A stretch of 64,000 bases of DNA, taken from assembly GCA_963674695.2 (NCBI GenBank), contig CAXXGI010000001.1, positions 640,001-704,000 of the forward strand, in the 5' to 3' direction. The position numbers and the translations under genes were made by a program. This document shows positions 1 through 9,423 of this stretch, one piece after another. The DNA is from a bacterium (lineage in GTDB: Bacteria; UBA10199; 2-02-FULL-44-16; JAAZCA01). The notes below the pieces were generated by a model. The model saw only the letters and a program-made list of their open reading frames with translations. It did no database searches and was not told the DNA's origin. The stretch's first letter is position 1. Each line of letters begins with the position of its first letter.

Positions 1-1
1 C

Positions 2-448
2 ACACGCAAGCAGGGCTATTTTCTCGACGCCCTCGGCACCGAAGCCATTCCCACCTACGACACGACCATCACTCTCATCGACGGGCTCCAGAAGGCGGGC
101 ATCAAGGTCGCGGTCATCTCCAGTTCGAAGAATTGCCCGTCGATCCTCAAACGCATCGGCCTCTATGAGAAACTCGACACCGTCATCGCCGGCAGCGACA
201 TCACCAAGGGAAAACCCGACCCGCAGATCTTTCAGATGGCGGCCGAGCGCCTCAATGCTAAGCCCTCCGAGTGCGTCGTCTTCGAAGATGCCGTGTTGGG
301 CGTCGAAGCGGCAAAGCGCGGGAAGATGCACTGCATCGGCATCGACCGCTATGACAGTCCAGAACGCCTCGCCGGCGCAGATCGGATCGTGAGCGATCTC
401 GGTGAAGTCGACGTGAATGCGGTCCAAGCCCTCTGTAAGGAGAACTGA
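2..448 (+). CDS. beta-phosphoglucomutase-family HAD hydrolase (5' truncated by window edge)
   Basis: Open frame from position 2: ...KVAVISSSKNC...KGKPDPQIF...CVVFEDAVLGVEAA (HAD motifs II-IV). Lies directly upstream of a GH65 gene. Confidence 0.88.
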   Translation, partial: TRKQGYFLDALGTEAIPTYDTTITLIDGLQKAGIKVAVISSSKNCPSILKRIGLYEKLDTVIAGSDITKGKPDPQIFQMAAERLNAKPSECVVFEDAVLGVEAAKRGKMHCIGIDRYDSPERLAGADRIVSDLGEVDVNAVQALCKEN

Positions 449-453
449 TCACC

Positions 454-2874
454 ATGGCAAAAAAGCAGCATCCCTATGCCTACGACAACCTGCTCTCACC
501 GAAGTCGTGGCTCGTCGAACAAAAGGGGTTCGACCGCTCCATGCAAGCCCTGCGCGAAACGCAGTTCACCCAGGGCAACGGCTACCTCTGCTGCCGCGGC
601 ATCTTAGAGGAATTGCCCTACGACGCCAACGCCGGAACCTATATCGGCGGCATCTACGATCGTACCGGCGCGCAGATCACGGAGCTGGTGAACCTGCCCA
701 ACCCGATCGTCTTTCGCATCGACACGCATGGCGAAAAACTCGATCCGGTGGCGATGGACATCGTGCACCATCGGCGCACGCTCGACATGCACAAGGCCAT
801 CGTCTATCGCCACACGACCTTTCGCAGCGCCTACAAAAAGCATATCGACCTCACCTCGCGCCGTTTTGTAAGTTTGGCCAACAAAAACCTCATCGTCATG
901 GAGGTGGAGGTGACACCCCTCGATGAGGACATGACGTTCAACTTCCAGACCATGATCGACGCGGGGGTCTCCAACCGCGGCGCGCTCACCGAGGGGCGCA
1001 AGCGACACTTCGAGCCACACGAGGTGGAACAAGCCAAGGATCACGTCTACCTCTGCGTGGAAACCTTTGAGAAAAAAGTCCTCATCGCCTATGCCTCGGC
1101 GCTCGAAGTCTGCCGCGGAAACAGGTGCCACACCGTGGGCGAGCGCGCGATGAACCTGCGCGTGAAGAAGAACGAGACAATCACCTTCCGGAAATACATC
1201 GTCGTCAAATCGTCGCGCCACGTCCGCCCATCGGAGCTCAAGCGCACGACAGTGGGAATTCTCAAGAGCGCACGCCGCAAAGGGTTCACGCGCCTTTTGG
1301 ACGAACACGAGAAGGCGTGGCTCAAGCGCTGGCAGCTGGCCAACGTCGACATCGAGGGCGACCCCGAGGCCGCGCGCGCGCTGCGGTTTAACACCTATCA
1401 TCTCATCATCGCGGGCAATACCGACGACGACGACGTTTCCATCGGCGCCCGCACGCTCTCCGGGGAGGGCTACCGCGGTCACATCTTCTGGGACACGGAA
1501 CTCTTCCTCCTCCCCTTCTTCATCTACAACGAGCCCCAGGTCGCCCGAAACCTCCTGATGTACCGCGTACATCGATTGACAGCGGCGCGTAACAATGCGG
1601 CCGCACGCGGCTACAAGGGCGCGCTCTATCCGTGGGAGTCGGCCGATACGGGAGAGGAGTGCACCCCCTCCTGGGCGAAGAACTTCGACGGCAAGATCAT
1701 CCGCATCGTCACCATGGATGAGGAACACCACATCAACGCCGACATCGCCTACGCCATCAACAACTACGTCGATGCCACGGGCGATATCGATTTCATGTGG
1801 TCGGGTGGTCTTGAGGTGCTGCTCGAGACGGCGCGCTTCTGGGCCTCGCGCGTGATCTACAACACCAAGCAGGCGCGCTATGAGATCGACCATGTGATGG
1901 GACCGGATGAATTTCATGAGGACGTCAACAACAACGCCTATACCAACGCGATGGCGGCCTTCAACCTCGAGATCGCCGTAACGTGGGCCGCACGTCTCCG
2001 GCGCGAACGCCCGGCGCAGTGGAACCGCATCGCTGGCCGAATCAAGCTCGCACCAAAAGAGGTGCTGCACTGGCGCCAAATCGCCGAACGCATGTACTTC
2101 CCCTATTCCAAGAAGCGACGGCTGATCGAACCGTTCGACGGCTTCTTCCGTCTGCGCGATCACCGCATCTGCCAACTCAACGAACACTTCATGCCGGTGC
2201 TCCCCTCCACGGTCGAATGGGAGGAGATCGGAAAAACCCAGTTCATCAAACAGGCCGATGTCGTCATGCTGCTCTATCTGCAGAACGACCGCTTCAGCCA
2301 AGAGGAAAAGAAGCGCGACTACTACTTCAACGAGCGGCATACGCTCCACAAATCGTCACTCTCACCGGCCATCCACTCGATCGTGGGCTTGGAGGTCGGC
2401 GACGAGGAGAAGGCACTGCACTATTTTGCACACGCGCTCTCCAGCGATCTTCAGAATATCCACGGCAATACGCCCGAGGGCATTCATGCGGCGAGCGCGG
2501 GTGCAACGTGGCAGGCGGCCATCATGGGCTTTGCCGGCATGCGCCGCCGGGGCGGCATCCTCTCCTTCACCCCGCACCTGCCGCTGCACTGGAAGGGAAT
2601 GCACTTCTGTGTGGTCTGGCACGGCTGCCGCCTGCGCGTTTCCATGACGCATGCGCGCACCGAGATCTGCCTCGAGGACCGCTCCAAACGCGGACCGATC
2701 GCCGTGGAAGTCTATGGCGAACTCAAGGAACTGACCTATCAGTCCTTCGTTCAGTTCCTCGCCCCCAAGAGGGCATCGCGAAAATCGACAAAGGTTCGCA
2801 CCGCAAAGAAAACACCGAAGAAGAAAGCGGTTCGGAAGAAAAAAACAGCCTTGAAAAAGAGGAGGACACGATGA
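454..2874 (+). CDS. glycoside hydrolase family 65 (kojibiose/trehalose/maltose phosphorylase-like)
   Basis: GEGYRGHIFWDTE, GPDEFHE, KQADV and HKSSLS motifs; Lys/Arg-rich C-terminal tail. Confidence 0.93.
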   Translation: MAKKQHPYAYDNLLSPKSWLVEQKGFDRSMQALRETQFTQGNGYLCCRGILEELPYDANAGTYIGGIYDRTGAQITELVNLPNPIVFRIDTHGEKLDPVAMDIVHHRRTLDMHKAIVYRHTTFRSAYKKHIDLTSRRFVSLANKNLIVMEVEVTPLDEDMTFNFQTMIDAGVSNRGALTEGRKRHFEPHEVEQAKDHVYLCVETFEKKVLIAYASALEVCRGNRCHTVGERAMNLRVKKNETITFRKYIVVKSSRHVRPSELKRTTVGILKSARRKGFTRLLDEHEKAWLKRWQLANVDIEGDPEAARALRFNTYHLIIAGNTDDDDVSIGARTLSGEGYRGHIFWDTELFLLPFFIYNEPQVARNLLMYRVHRLTAARNNAAARGYKGALYPWESADTGEECTPSWAKNFDGKIIRIVTMDEEHHINADIAYAINNYVDATGDIDFMWSGGLEVLLETARFWASRVIYNTKQARYEIDHVMGPDEFHEDVNNNAYTNAMAAFNLEIAVTWAARLRRERPAQWNRIAGRIKLAPKEVLHWRQIAERMYFPYSKKRRLIEPFDGFFRLRDHRICQLNEHFMPVLPSTVEWEEIGKTQFIKQADVVMLLYLQNDRFSQEEKKRDYYFNERHTLHKSSLSPAIHSIVGLEVGDEEKALHYFAHALSSDLQNIHGNTPEGIHAASAGATWQAAIMGFAGMRRRGGILSFTPHLPLHWKGMHFCVVWHGCRLRVSMTHARTEICLEDRSKRGPIAVEVYGELKELTYQSFVQFLAPKRASRKSTKVRTAKKTPKKKAVRKKKTALKKRRTR

Positions 2875-3251
2875 GTACCATTCGCGACGTCATGATCAAA
2901 AAAGTCCACACGGTTCAAGAAAACGACGATGTAAAAAAGGTCTGCCGCATCCTCACCAAGCACAAGATCAGCGGCACTCCGGTGATCAATGCAAAGGGAA
3001 AGCTCGTCGGCTTCGTCTCCGAGCGCGACATCATCGCCGCCGTCCCGCGTGCGGGGTTCCTGGAGAACACCGCTGGCCGTCTCATGACGCGCAAGGTCGC
3101 CACCGTCTGTCCCGATGACCCGATCACACATGCCTCGAAGATATTCTCCCAGCGCAACTTTCGGCTGCTGCCCGTGATCAAGGCAGGAAAGATCGTCGGC
3201 ATGGTCGCCCGCAAGGGGCTGATCGAGCACATCCTCGGCGATTACTATTGA
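2871..3251 (+). CDS. CBS-domain pair protein
   Basis: ATGA overlap with the GH65 stop and GGAGG RBS. Sequence IRDVM...KISGTPVI...GKLVGFVSERDI...LPVI..GKIVGMV. Confidence 0.9.
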   Translation: MSTIRDVMIKKVHTVQENDDVKKVCRILTKHKISGTPVINAKGKLVGFVSERDIIAAVPRAGFLENTAGRLMTRKVATVCPDDPITHASKIFSQRNFRLLPVIKAGKIVGMVARKGLIEHILGDYY

Positions 3252-3364
3252 TTCGAAAAAGCGCGAGATGGCTGGATCGCTAAATCATGAGATGGCAAAA
3301 CACAAGAGCTCTTTGCTATCTCACCATTAAGCCATCTCACAATCTTACTACCGTGGAGCACACA

Positions 3365-4594
3365 ATGGCCAAGAAAAAAATCGCAAAGAAAACACCTCAG
3401 AAATCACCCTCAAAGAAAAAAAGAAAGCTGCGCATCGCCCAGATGCACTGGGGCTATCCCCCGATCATCGGCGGTGTGGAGACGCATCTTGCCCTCATGT
3501 TGCCCGAGATGGCTCGCTATGGGCATGAGGTGCATCTGCTGACGGGTTCCGTCGAGGGCTGCAAGGTGCACTACCTCGATAGAGGCGTCCACATCCGGCG
3601 CACGCCGCTGATGGACTTGAACTGGCTTTTCAAGCGCGGGCTACACGGTCTGGAAGAGGAGATCGAGCACCGTTTCACGCAATACATTCAGAACACCCGC
3701 CCCGACGTGATGCACGTGCACAACATGCACTACTTCAGCCGCGAACACACCGAGATCCTCGAAACCCTCTGCAAAACAAAGGGAATTCCGCTCGTGCTCA
3801 CCGCGCACAACGTCTGGGACGACGTGCTCTACCTGGAGATGGCGCACAACATCGGATGGGATCACATCATCGCCGTGTCGCACTTCATCCGCAAGGAGCT
3901 CATCGGAATAGGGCTTCCCGACGCGAAGGTCACGACCATCCACCACGGCGTGGACACCAACGTCTTCCACCCGAAGGTCGATACGCGGCGCGCCTACCGA
4001 GACTATCCGCAGCTGAGGGATAAGCAGATCATCTTCCATCCCGCGCGCATGGGCATGGCCAAGGGCTGCGACGTCTCGATCAAGGCCTTCAATATCATCC
4101 ACAAACATTTTCCGGATGCAATGCTGGTGCTGGCCGGCACGAAGAACATCATCGATTGGGGTTCCACGCAGCAGAAGGACATCGCCTACTTCGTCAACCT
4201 CATCCGTTACTTCAAGCTCGAGAAGAGGATCATGGTCGACTCCTATGCGCTCGACCAGATGCCGGGGCTCTACGGCGTCGCCGATGTCGTCATCTATCCC
4301 TCCACCGCGCAGGAGCCGTTTGGGCTTACGATGCTGGAGGCGATGGCGACGGCAAAGCCCATGGTCGTCACGCGCGCCGGCGGCATGCCCGAGATCATCA
4401 GCGACGGCATCAACGGCTTTGTTATTCCGCCCAAGGACTTCGAAGAACTCGCCGGCGTCATCATGCGCCTCTTGGGCGATGCCGAACTGCGACAGCGCTT
4501 CGGCAACACCGGCAAGCGAATGGTCGATGCCTCCTATACGAAGGAAGTGATGACGCAGAACAACATCGATATCTACGAACAGTTGCTCCGCTAG
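3365..4594 (+). CDS. glycosyltransferase family 4 (GT-B)
   Basis: PPIIGGVETH, HPARM..KG and EPFGLTMLEAMA (E-x7-E) motifs. GGAG RBS before ATG 3365. Lys-rich N-terminus. Confidence 0.92.
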   Translation: MAKKKIAKKTPQKSPSKKKRKLRIAQMHWGYPPIIGGVETHLALMLPEMARYGHEVHLLTGSVEGCKVHYLDRGVHIRRTPLMDLNWLFKRGLHGLEEEIEHRFTQYIQNTRPDVMHVHNMHYFSREHTEILETLCKTKGIPLVLTAHNVWDDVLYLEMAHNIGWDHIIAVSHFIRKELIGIGLPDAKVTTIHHGVDTNVFHPKVDTRRAYRDYPQLRDKQIIFHPARMGMAKGCDVSIKAFNIIHKHFPDAMLVLAGTKNIIDWGSTQQKDIAYFVNLIRYFKLEKRIMVDSYALDQMPGLYGVADVVIYPSTAQEPFGLTMLEAMATAKPMVVTRAGGMPEIISDGINGFVIPPKDFEELAGVIMRLLGDAELRQRFGNTGKRMVDASYTKEVMTQNNIDIYEQLLR

Positions 4595-4612
4595 AGAGCA
4601 TCGCGTCGCATA

Positions 4613-4647
4613 CCAAAAAATGGCCTCCTCGAGGCCATTTTTTTTGG
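4613..4647. terminator. intrinsic terminator (bidirectional-looking)
   Basis: CCAAAAAATGGCCTC-CTC-GAGGCCATTTTTTTTGG just after the GT4 stop. Confidence 0.85.
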
Positions 4648-4708
4648 ACCGAATCCAGCGACAATCCATGCCAATGTCAATATGACGCCTCGCCGAATGA
4701 AATACCGC

Positions 4709-4735
4709 GAAACATTGTCGCGCCTTTGCCGATAC
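4709..4735 (+). promoter_or_regulatory. putative sigma28 (FliA/WhiG)-type promoter
   Basis: GAAACATT-N11-GCCGATAC compared with consensus TAAAGTTT-N11-GCCGATAA; about 30 bp upstream of ATG 4765. Confidence 0.5.
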
Positions 4736-4764
4736 GGTATCGGGAAACAGATGAGGAGGCAGCG

Positions 4765-5400
4765 ATGGGCAATGCATACGGCTATCGTCTTGATGTACAG
4801 GGTGGCGGCGGTGCGAGCGTCGGACGACACAGCATTCAATACGGACCTGAATCCAGCGGATCCGGATCGATTCGCCTGTTTCCGGCAAAAACGGAGACGG
4901 AACTGGCCTTCGCCGCAGATGCAAAGCTGCAGGCACCGTTCGGCGACGGAGACAGCACCGCCGTCGGTCATGGCAAAGCCCGTTTTTCCGTTCTGCAACC
5001 GATCCCCCACTCGGGCAAGGACTTCAATTTTTTCTCACACCTCGCCTCCGGCTTCTACGGCATTCGCTCCTCTTACTTTTCTGCACGTCCACGCGTGGGA
5101 AACGACACTGGATTCTCGCTCGGAAAGACTATCTCAATAGGCAGAACTGCAGGTGGCATCAAAATGGATGCACGCATTCAATATGATGCCCTCATCTCGC
5201 TGAGCACGCCGCTGACGGAGCCGGCAGCCGAAGTGGAGGGAAACGTCGTCGGAAACTATATCATGCACTTTATCTTCAACCCCAAGCAGGTCATGACGCT
5301 ATCGCTCTCCCACTTCGTCGGCATCAACAACGCCACGCAAGGACACGGACACATCGGCGCCTTTCTGAACCTCGGCTATGAGTATGGAAGTGATTGGTGA
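4765..5400 (+). CDS. hypothetical protein, beta-strand-rich
   Basis: GAGGAGG RBS before ATG 4765. Alternating hydrophobic pattern ending GAFLNLGYEYGSDW. No signal peptide. Confidence 0.65.
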   Translation: MGNAYGYRLDVQGGGGASVGRHSIQYGPESSGSGSIRLFPAKTETELAFAADAKLQAPFGDGDSTAVGHGKARFSVLQPIPHSGKDFNFFSHLASGFYGIRSSYFSARPRVGNDTGFSLGKTISIGRTAGGIKMDARIQYDALISLSTPLTEPAAEVEGNVVGNYIMHFIFNPKQVMTLSLSHFVGINNATQGHGHIGAFLNLGYEYGSDW

Positions 5401-5420
5401 TGAAAGCTGAAGAAATTGCG

Positions 5421-6200
5421 TTACCACTCACATAAGATCCACTCCACCAACGGAACGATCTCTTCGATATCGCGCACGACGTACTGGGCGGCGCTGTCTT
5501 TGCGGCGACCGACGCGAACGGTGATACCCCTGCGTCCCAAGGCGCGAAACGCATCCTCGTCGGTGGTGTCATCGCCGACATAAAACGGAAGCGCACCGGA
5601 GGCCAGGTGATCCCTGATCCAGAGGGCGGCATGCCCCTTATTCCAGTCGTCATTCGAACGCAGCTCGAGCACCTGTTTTCCGCGCAGGAGCTGACCACCA
5701 TGGTGTTCCACAAATGGCGCTGCCAGTTGCATCGTCGTGCGACGCACCGCCGCTTTCTCTCCTGACGCCACCATCCGATAGTGCACGGCAACCGAATACG
5801 CCTTGTTCTCGATCACCACCCCGTGGACGTTCTTGAGCGCTGCCGTGACGATGCGCCTATAGGCCTTCATGGCCTTCCGAAAGCGAACGCCGCGACGCAG
5901 CAGACAGCGATTCCCGCGCCAGATTTCAAAACCGTGATTGACTGACAGCACGAGCCCCGGCACGGATACGCGCCGACGGATATCGGCGATGACGCGCCCG
6001 GTGACGATGCCCGCGGTGATGCGACGATGGCGCACAAGCGCGGCAAGACGATCGCGCCAACCCGGTGCCATACGAGCATCGTTCGGATGCTCCACGATCG
6101 GCGCGAGCGTCCCATCGAAATCGAAGAGCATCAGCAGACGATCACATCGCCGCACGCGCCGCTCGATGGATTCGATATTTTTTGAGAATGATTGCATCAT
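5421..6200 (-). CDS. otsB: trehalose-6-phosphate phosphatase
   Basis: FDFDGTLAPI, VTGR, GKQVLELR, WNKG and YVGDDTTDEDAF motifs; downstream of otsA. Start may be 6200 or 6197. Confidence 0.93.
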   Translation of the reverse strand: MMQSFSKNIESIERRVRRCDRLLMLFDFDGTLAPIVEHPNDARMAPGWRDRLAALVRHRRITAGIVTGRVIADIRRRVSVPGLVLSVNHGFEIWRGNRCLLRRGVRFRKAMKAYRRIVTAALKNVHGVVIENKAYSVAVHYRMVASGEKAAVRRTTMQLAAPFVEHHGGQLLRGKQVLELRSNDDWNKGHAALWIRDHLASGALPFYVGDDTTDEDAFRALGRRGITVRVGRRKDSAAQYVVRDIEEIVPLVEWILCEW

Positions 6201-6213
6201 AAATAGGTACGAA

Positions 6214-6263
6214 GGACGATGGACGATGGACGCAAGGGCCTTTTCGTCCCTCGCCCCTCGTCC
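6214..6263. repeat. heptamer-repeat imperfect hairpin between otsA and otsB
   Basis: GGACGATGGACGATGGACG ... CGTCCCTCGCCCCTCGTCC. Confidence 0.55.
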
Positions 6264-6298
6264 GAGATTCCGGAGGAATCGGTCGTCCTTCAAGATCT

Positions 6299-7774
6299 TT
6301 ACGCCAATCGCGCCAGCTGCTCGATGAAATTCTCGCCCCAGCGATAAATATTGTGCTCGGCCACGACCTCGCGCATGCGCTTCATGCGCTCGCGACACTC
6401 CTCCTCGGTCATCGTGGAAGCAGCGAAGAGCGCGTCGGCAAACTGTTCCCGATCGAACGGATTGAAGATGATCGCCCCCTCCTCGAGCTCGCGCGCCGCG
6501 CCCGTGAACTGCGAGAGCAACAACACGCCATCCTCGTCCGTCTTGCTCGAGACGAACTCCTTGGCGACCAGGTTCATGCCGTCGTGCACGGAGCTGACCA
6601 CGCAGATCTGGGCCATGCGATAAAGGGCGAGCACCTCCGGATAGGTCAGATTTCGGCGCAACAGGACGATGGGCTGCCAGGAATCAGTGGCATACCGCCA
6701 GTTGATGTCGTCGACGAGCGAATTGATCTCGTCGTTGAGATCCTTATAGAGGCGAATGCGAATGCGCGAGAGCGCTCCGAGCTGCACGAAGATGAACTGC
6801 TCGATCATCTGCGGATACTTCTCCAAAAACCGATCGATCGCGCGCAGCCGCTCGGGAATCCCCTTCGTATAGTCGAGACGATCGACGCCGATGGCCATGA
6901 TGGAATACGTCTCCGGAAGCGCCTCCGTGGCCGCGCGCACCACCTCGTTATCCGTAAAATCCTGCTGCGCATCCTTCCCGATCTGCTCAAAATCGACGCT
7001 GATCGGAAAGGGCAACACCTTGGTCCCCACGCCGCCGTGATGATAGATCGTGGAGCGCTCGCGATCGATGCGCACCTCGATCGACTGATCGACCGTATTG
7101 AGAAAATTGTCGGCATGCATCTGGATGTGAAACCCGATCAGGTCGCTGCCCAAGAGCCCTTCGAGGATTTCGCGCACCCAGGGACAGATACGAAAGATCT
7201 CCGGGTTGGGCCAGGGGATGTGCCAAAAATGCGCAACCATCAGATCGGGGCGTTTTTCTTTCAGCATGCGCGGCAGGAGCGCGAAGTGAAAGTCCTGCAC
7301 CCAGATAAACGCGCGGCGATCGCCCACCTCGTCGAGGATGGCGTCGGCAAAGCGCTGATTGACCCGCCGATACATCTCCCAATCGTGAACATCGAACGTG
7401 GGCCGCGCGAACGCCACATGACAGAGCGGCCACAAGGTCCCGTTGGCAAAGCCGAGATAGTAGCCGCGTTCCTCCTCCTTGGAGAGCCAAACGCGCTTGA
7501 GCGTATAGAGATCCTCGCCCGGCGGAACCGGCACGCAGTCATTGCCATCGACCACCTTGCGATCGGCGTTGCCCGCGCCGTGGGCCACCCACAGACCGTG
7601 GCTCGCGCGCAGCATCGGATCCATGGCGGTCACCAACCCCGAGGCCGGCTTGTTGACGATCACCTTCCCCTCGCGCCAGATGTGCATATAGGGCTCGCGG
7701 TTGGAGACCACGACGAACAGGTCGTCGCCAATCTTCTCCTTGATCGCCTTCTGAATCGTCTTTTCGGTGAACAT
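6299..7774 (-). CDS. otsA: trehalose-6-phosphate synthase (GT20)
   Basis: VVSNREP, WVQDFH, HFWHIPWP, GVDRLDYTKGI and DGMNLVAKE motifs; GAGGTG RBS before ATG 7774. Confidence 0.95.
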   Translation of the reverse strand: MFTEKTIQKAIKEKIGDDLFVVVSNREPYMHIWREGKVIVNKPASGLVTAMDPMLRASHGLWVAHGAGNADRKVVDGNDCVPVPPGEDLYTLKRVWLSKEEERGYYLGFANGTLWPLCHVAFARPTFDVHDWEMYRRVNQRFADAILDEVGDRRAFIWVQDFHFALLPRMLKEKRPDLMVAHFWHIPWPNPEIFRICPWVREILEGLLGSDLIGFHIQMHADNFLNTVDQSIEVRIDRERSTIYHHGGVGTKVLPFPISVDFEQIGKDAQQDFTDNEVVRAATEALPETYSIMAIGVDRLDYTKGIPERLRAIDRFLEKYPQMIEQFIFVQLGALSRIRIRLYKDLNDEINSLVDDINWRYATDSWQPIVLLRRNLTYPEVLALYRMAQICVVSSVHDGMNLVAKEFVSSKTDEDGVLLLSQFTGAARELEEGAIIFNPFDREQFADALFAASTMTEEECRERMKRMREVVAEHNIYRWGENFIEQLARLA

Positions 7775-7957
7775 AGGGGACACCTCTGAGTTCGGTAAAC
7801 GGCGGGATCAATCCAAACGCGCGCGCAGTGTACGGGAAAACCCACCCATGGTCAAGGAGGCCATCCCCTTAAACCGTTGCGGAATCAAGCTGTTAGCCCA
7901 TCACCATCCGCCGATGCCCTGCATGCGGAAAGCGCGCAAAAGAGAGATCCACAACAA

Positions 7958-7986
7958 TTGACGGCGTGCCCCCGCTTCGTTAGAAA
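7958..7986 (+). promoter_or_regulatory. possible sigma70 promoter for the aminotransferase
   Basis: TTGACG-N17-TAGAAA. Confidence 0.35.
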
Positions 7987-8018
7987 GACGTACCACACCT
8001 ACTCAGGAGGCCAACGCC

Positions 8019-9317
8019 ATGACGCTCTATTCCGATCGCACCGGACGCATCGATACCGAAAACGCCTTCAAGGTCGGCCCCTACATTGTCGAAGTCGAGA
8101 AAGCCGGAAAACGCGTAATCAAGTGCAACCTGGGCGAACCCGACTTTGCGCTGCCCCGCCATATCGCCGAGGCAGTGAAGAAAGCGATCGACGAGGACAT
8201 GACCCACTACTGCGATCCGCAGGGCATCCTGCCGCTGCGCGAGGCGATCGCCAAGGATGTGGGCGAGCGACGGGGACTCAACATCACGCCCGACCGCGTG
8301 GTCGTCTTTCCCGGCGGAAAACCGCCGATCGGGCTCTGCCAGCAGACCTACTGCAATCCGGGCGACGAGATCATCTATCCGAGCCCAGGCTTTCCGATCT
8401 ACGAATCGTTCATCCCCTACCTCGAGGCCACACCCGTGCCGCTGCACCTGAAAGAGGAATCCGGTTTCTCCTTCACCGGCGCCGAACTCGAACCGCTGCT
8501 CTCCAACAAGACCAAACTCATCTACATCAACTTCCCTTCGAACCCGACCGGCGGTGTGGCCACACGCGAACAGCTCGAGGGAATCGCCGAAGTCATCCGG
8601 AAGAAGGCGCAGCAGAACGTGCGCATCTATGCCGACGAGATCTACGAGAACATCCTCTTTGACGGCAGCCAGCACCACTCGATCGCTTCGCTCCCCGACA
8701 TGGAGGAGCGAACGGTCATCGTCTCGGGCGTGTCGAAGAGCTATTCCTGGACGGGCGGGCGCGTCGGCTGGGCCGTCTTTCCGACCGCCGCTGAAGCTCA
8801 AGTTTTCAAGAACCTCAACATCAACTACTTCTCCTGCATCCCGGCCTACAACCAGATGGGAGCCAAGACCGCCATCGAGTCGCCTGAGAGCAAACCCGCG
8901 ATCGCCAAGATGGTCGCCGCCTTTCAGGAACGCCGTGATGTGGTCGTGGCCGCGCTCAACGCAATCGACGGCATCACCTGCCAATTGCCGAAGGGCGCCT
9001 TCTACGTCTTCCCGAACATCGGGGGCGTCTGTGAATCGCTCGGCGCCGTCGAAGCCTACATGAACCTCCCCCAAGAGGTGAAAGCGAAGACGAGCCCCTC
9101 CACGCTCTTCCAGATGTTTCTGCTCTTCCGGTATCAGGTCGCCACGATGGACCGCAAGTCGTTCGGCCGCATCGGCACGGAAGGCAAACATTTCCTGCGC
9201 ATCTCGATCGCCACGGGGATCGATGATCTCAAGGCCGGCATGGAGCAGATCGCAAAGGCCGCCAAAGATCGCGAAGGCTTCGCCGCGTTTGTGAAGGAAG
9301 GAAAGCGGCTCAACTAA
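8019..9317 (+). CDS. PLP-dependent aminotransferase class I/II
   Basis: GEPDF, NFPSNPTG, DEIYE and SKSYSWTGGRVG motifs; AGGAGG RBS. Confidence 0.93.
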   Translation: MTLYSDRTGRIDTENAFKVGPYIVEVEKAGKRVIKCNLGEPDFALPRHIAEAVKKAIDEDMTHYCDPQGILPLREAIAKDVGERRGLNITPDRVVVFPGGKPPIGLCQQTYCNPGDEIIYPSPGFPIYESFIPYLEATPVPLHLKEESGFSFTGAELEPLLSNKTKLIYINFPSNPTGGVATREQLEGIAEVIRKKAQQNVRIYADEIYENILFDGSQHHSIASLPDMEERTVIVSGVSKSYSWTGGRVGWAVFPTAAEAQVFKNLNINYFSCIPAYNQMGAKTAIESPESKPAIAKMVAAFQERRDVVVAALNAIDGITCQLPKGAFYVFPNIGGVCESLGAVEAYMNLPQEVKAKTSPSTLFQMFLLFRYQVATMDRKSFGRIGTEGKHFLRISIATGIDDLKAGMEQIAKAAKDREGFAAFVKEGKRLN

Positions 9318-9333
9318 ACGAAACTACCGAAAT

Positions 9334-9403
9334 TTGTCATCCTGAGCGAAGCGAAGGATCTCCAGAAAAACCAAGGGATCCTTCGCTTCGCTCAGGATGA
9401 CAA
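9334..9403. repeat. REP-like palindrome
   Basis: TTGTCATCCTGAGCGAAGCGAAGGATC-16nt-GATCCTTCGCTTCGCTCAGGATGACAA, with perfect 27-bp arms. Confidence 0.85.
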
Positions 9404-9423
9404 TGCGAAAAAAGGAGAACCCC

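Noticed and set aside
1983-2870. Long N-terminal extension of the CBS ORF overlapping GH65
   Set aside because: The real start is ATG 2871, with an RBS and ATGA coupling; the extension is an off-frame read of GH65.
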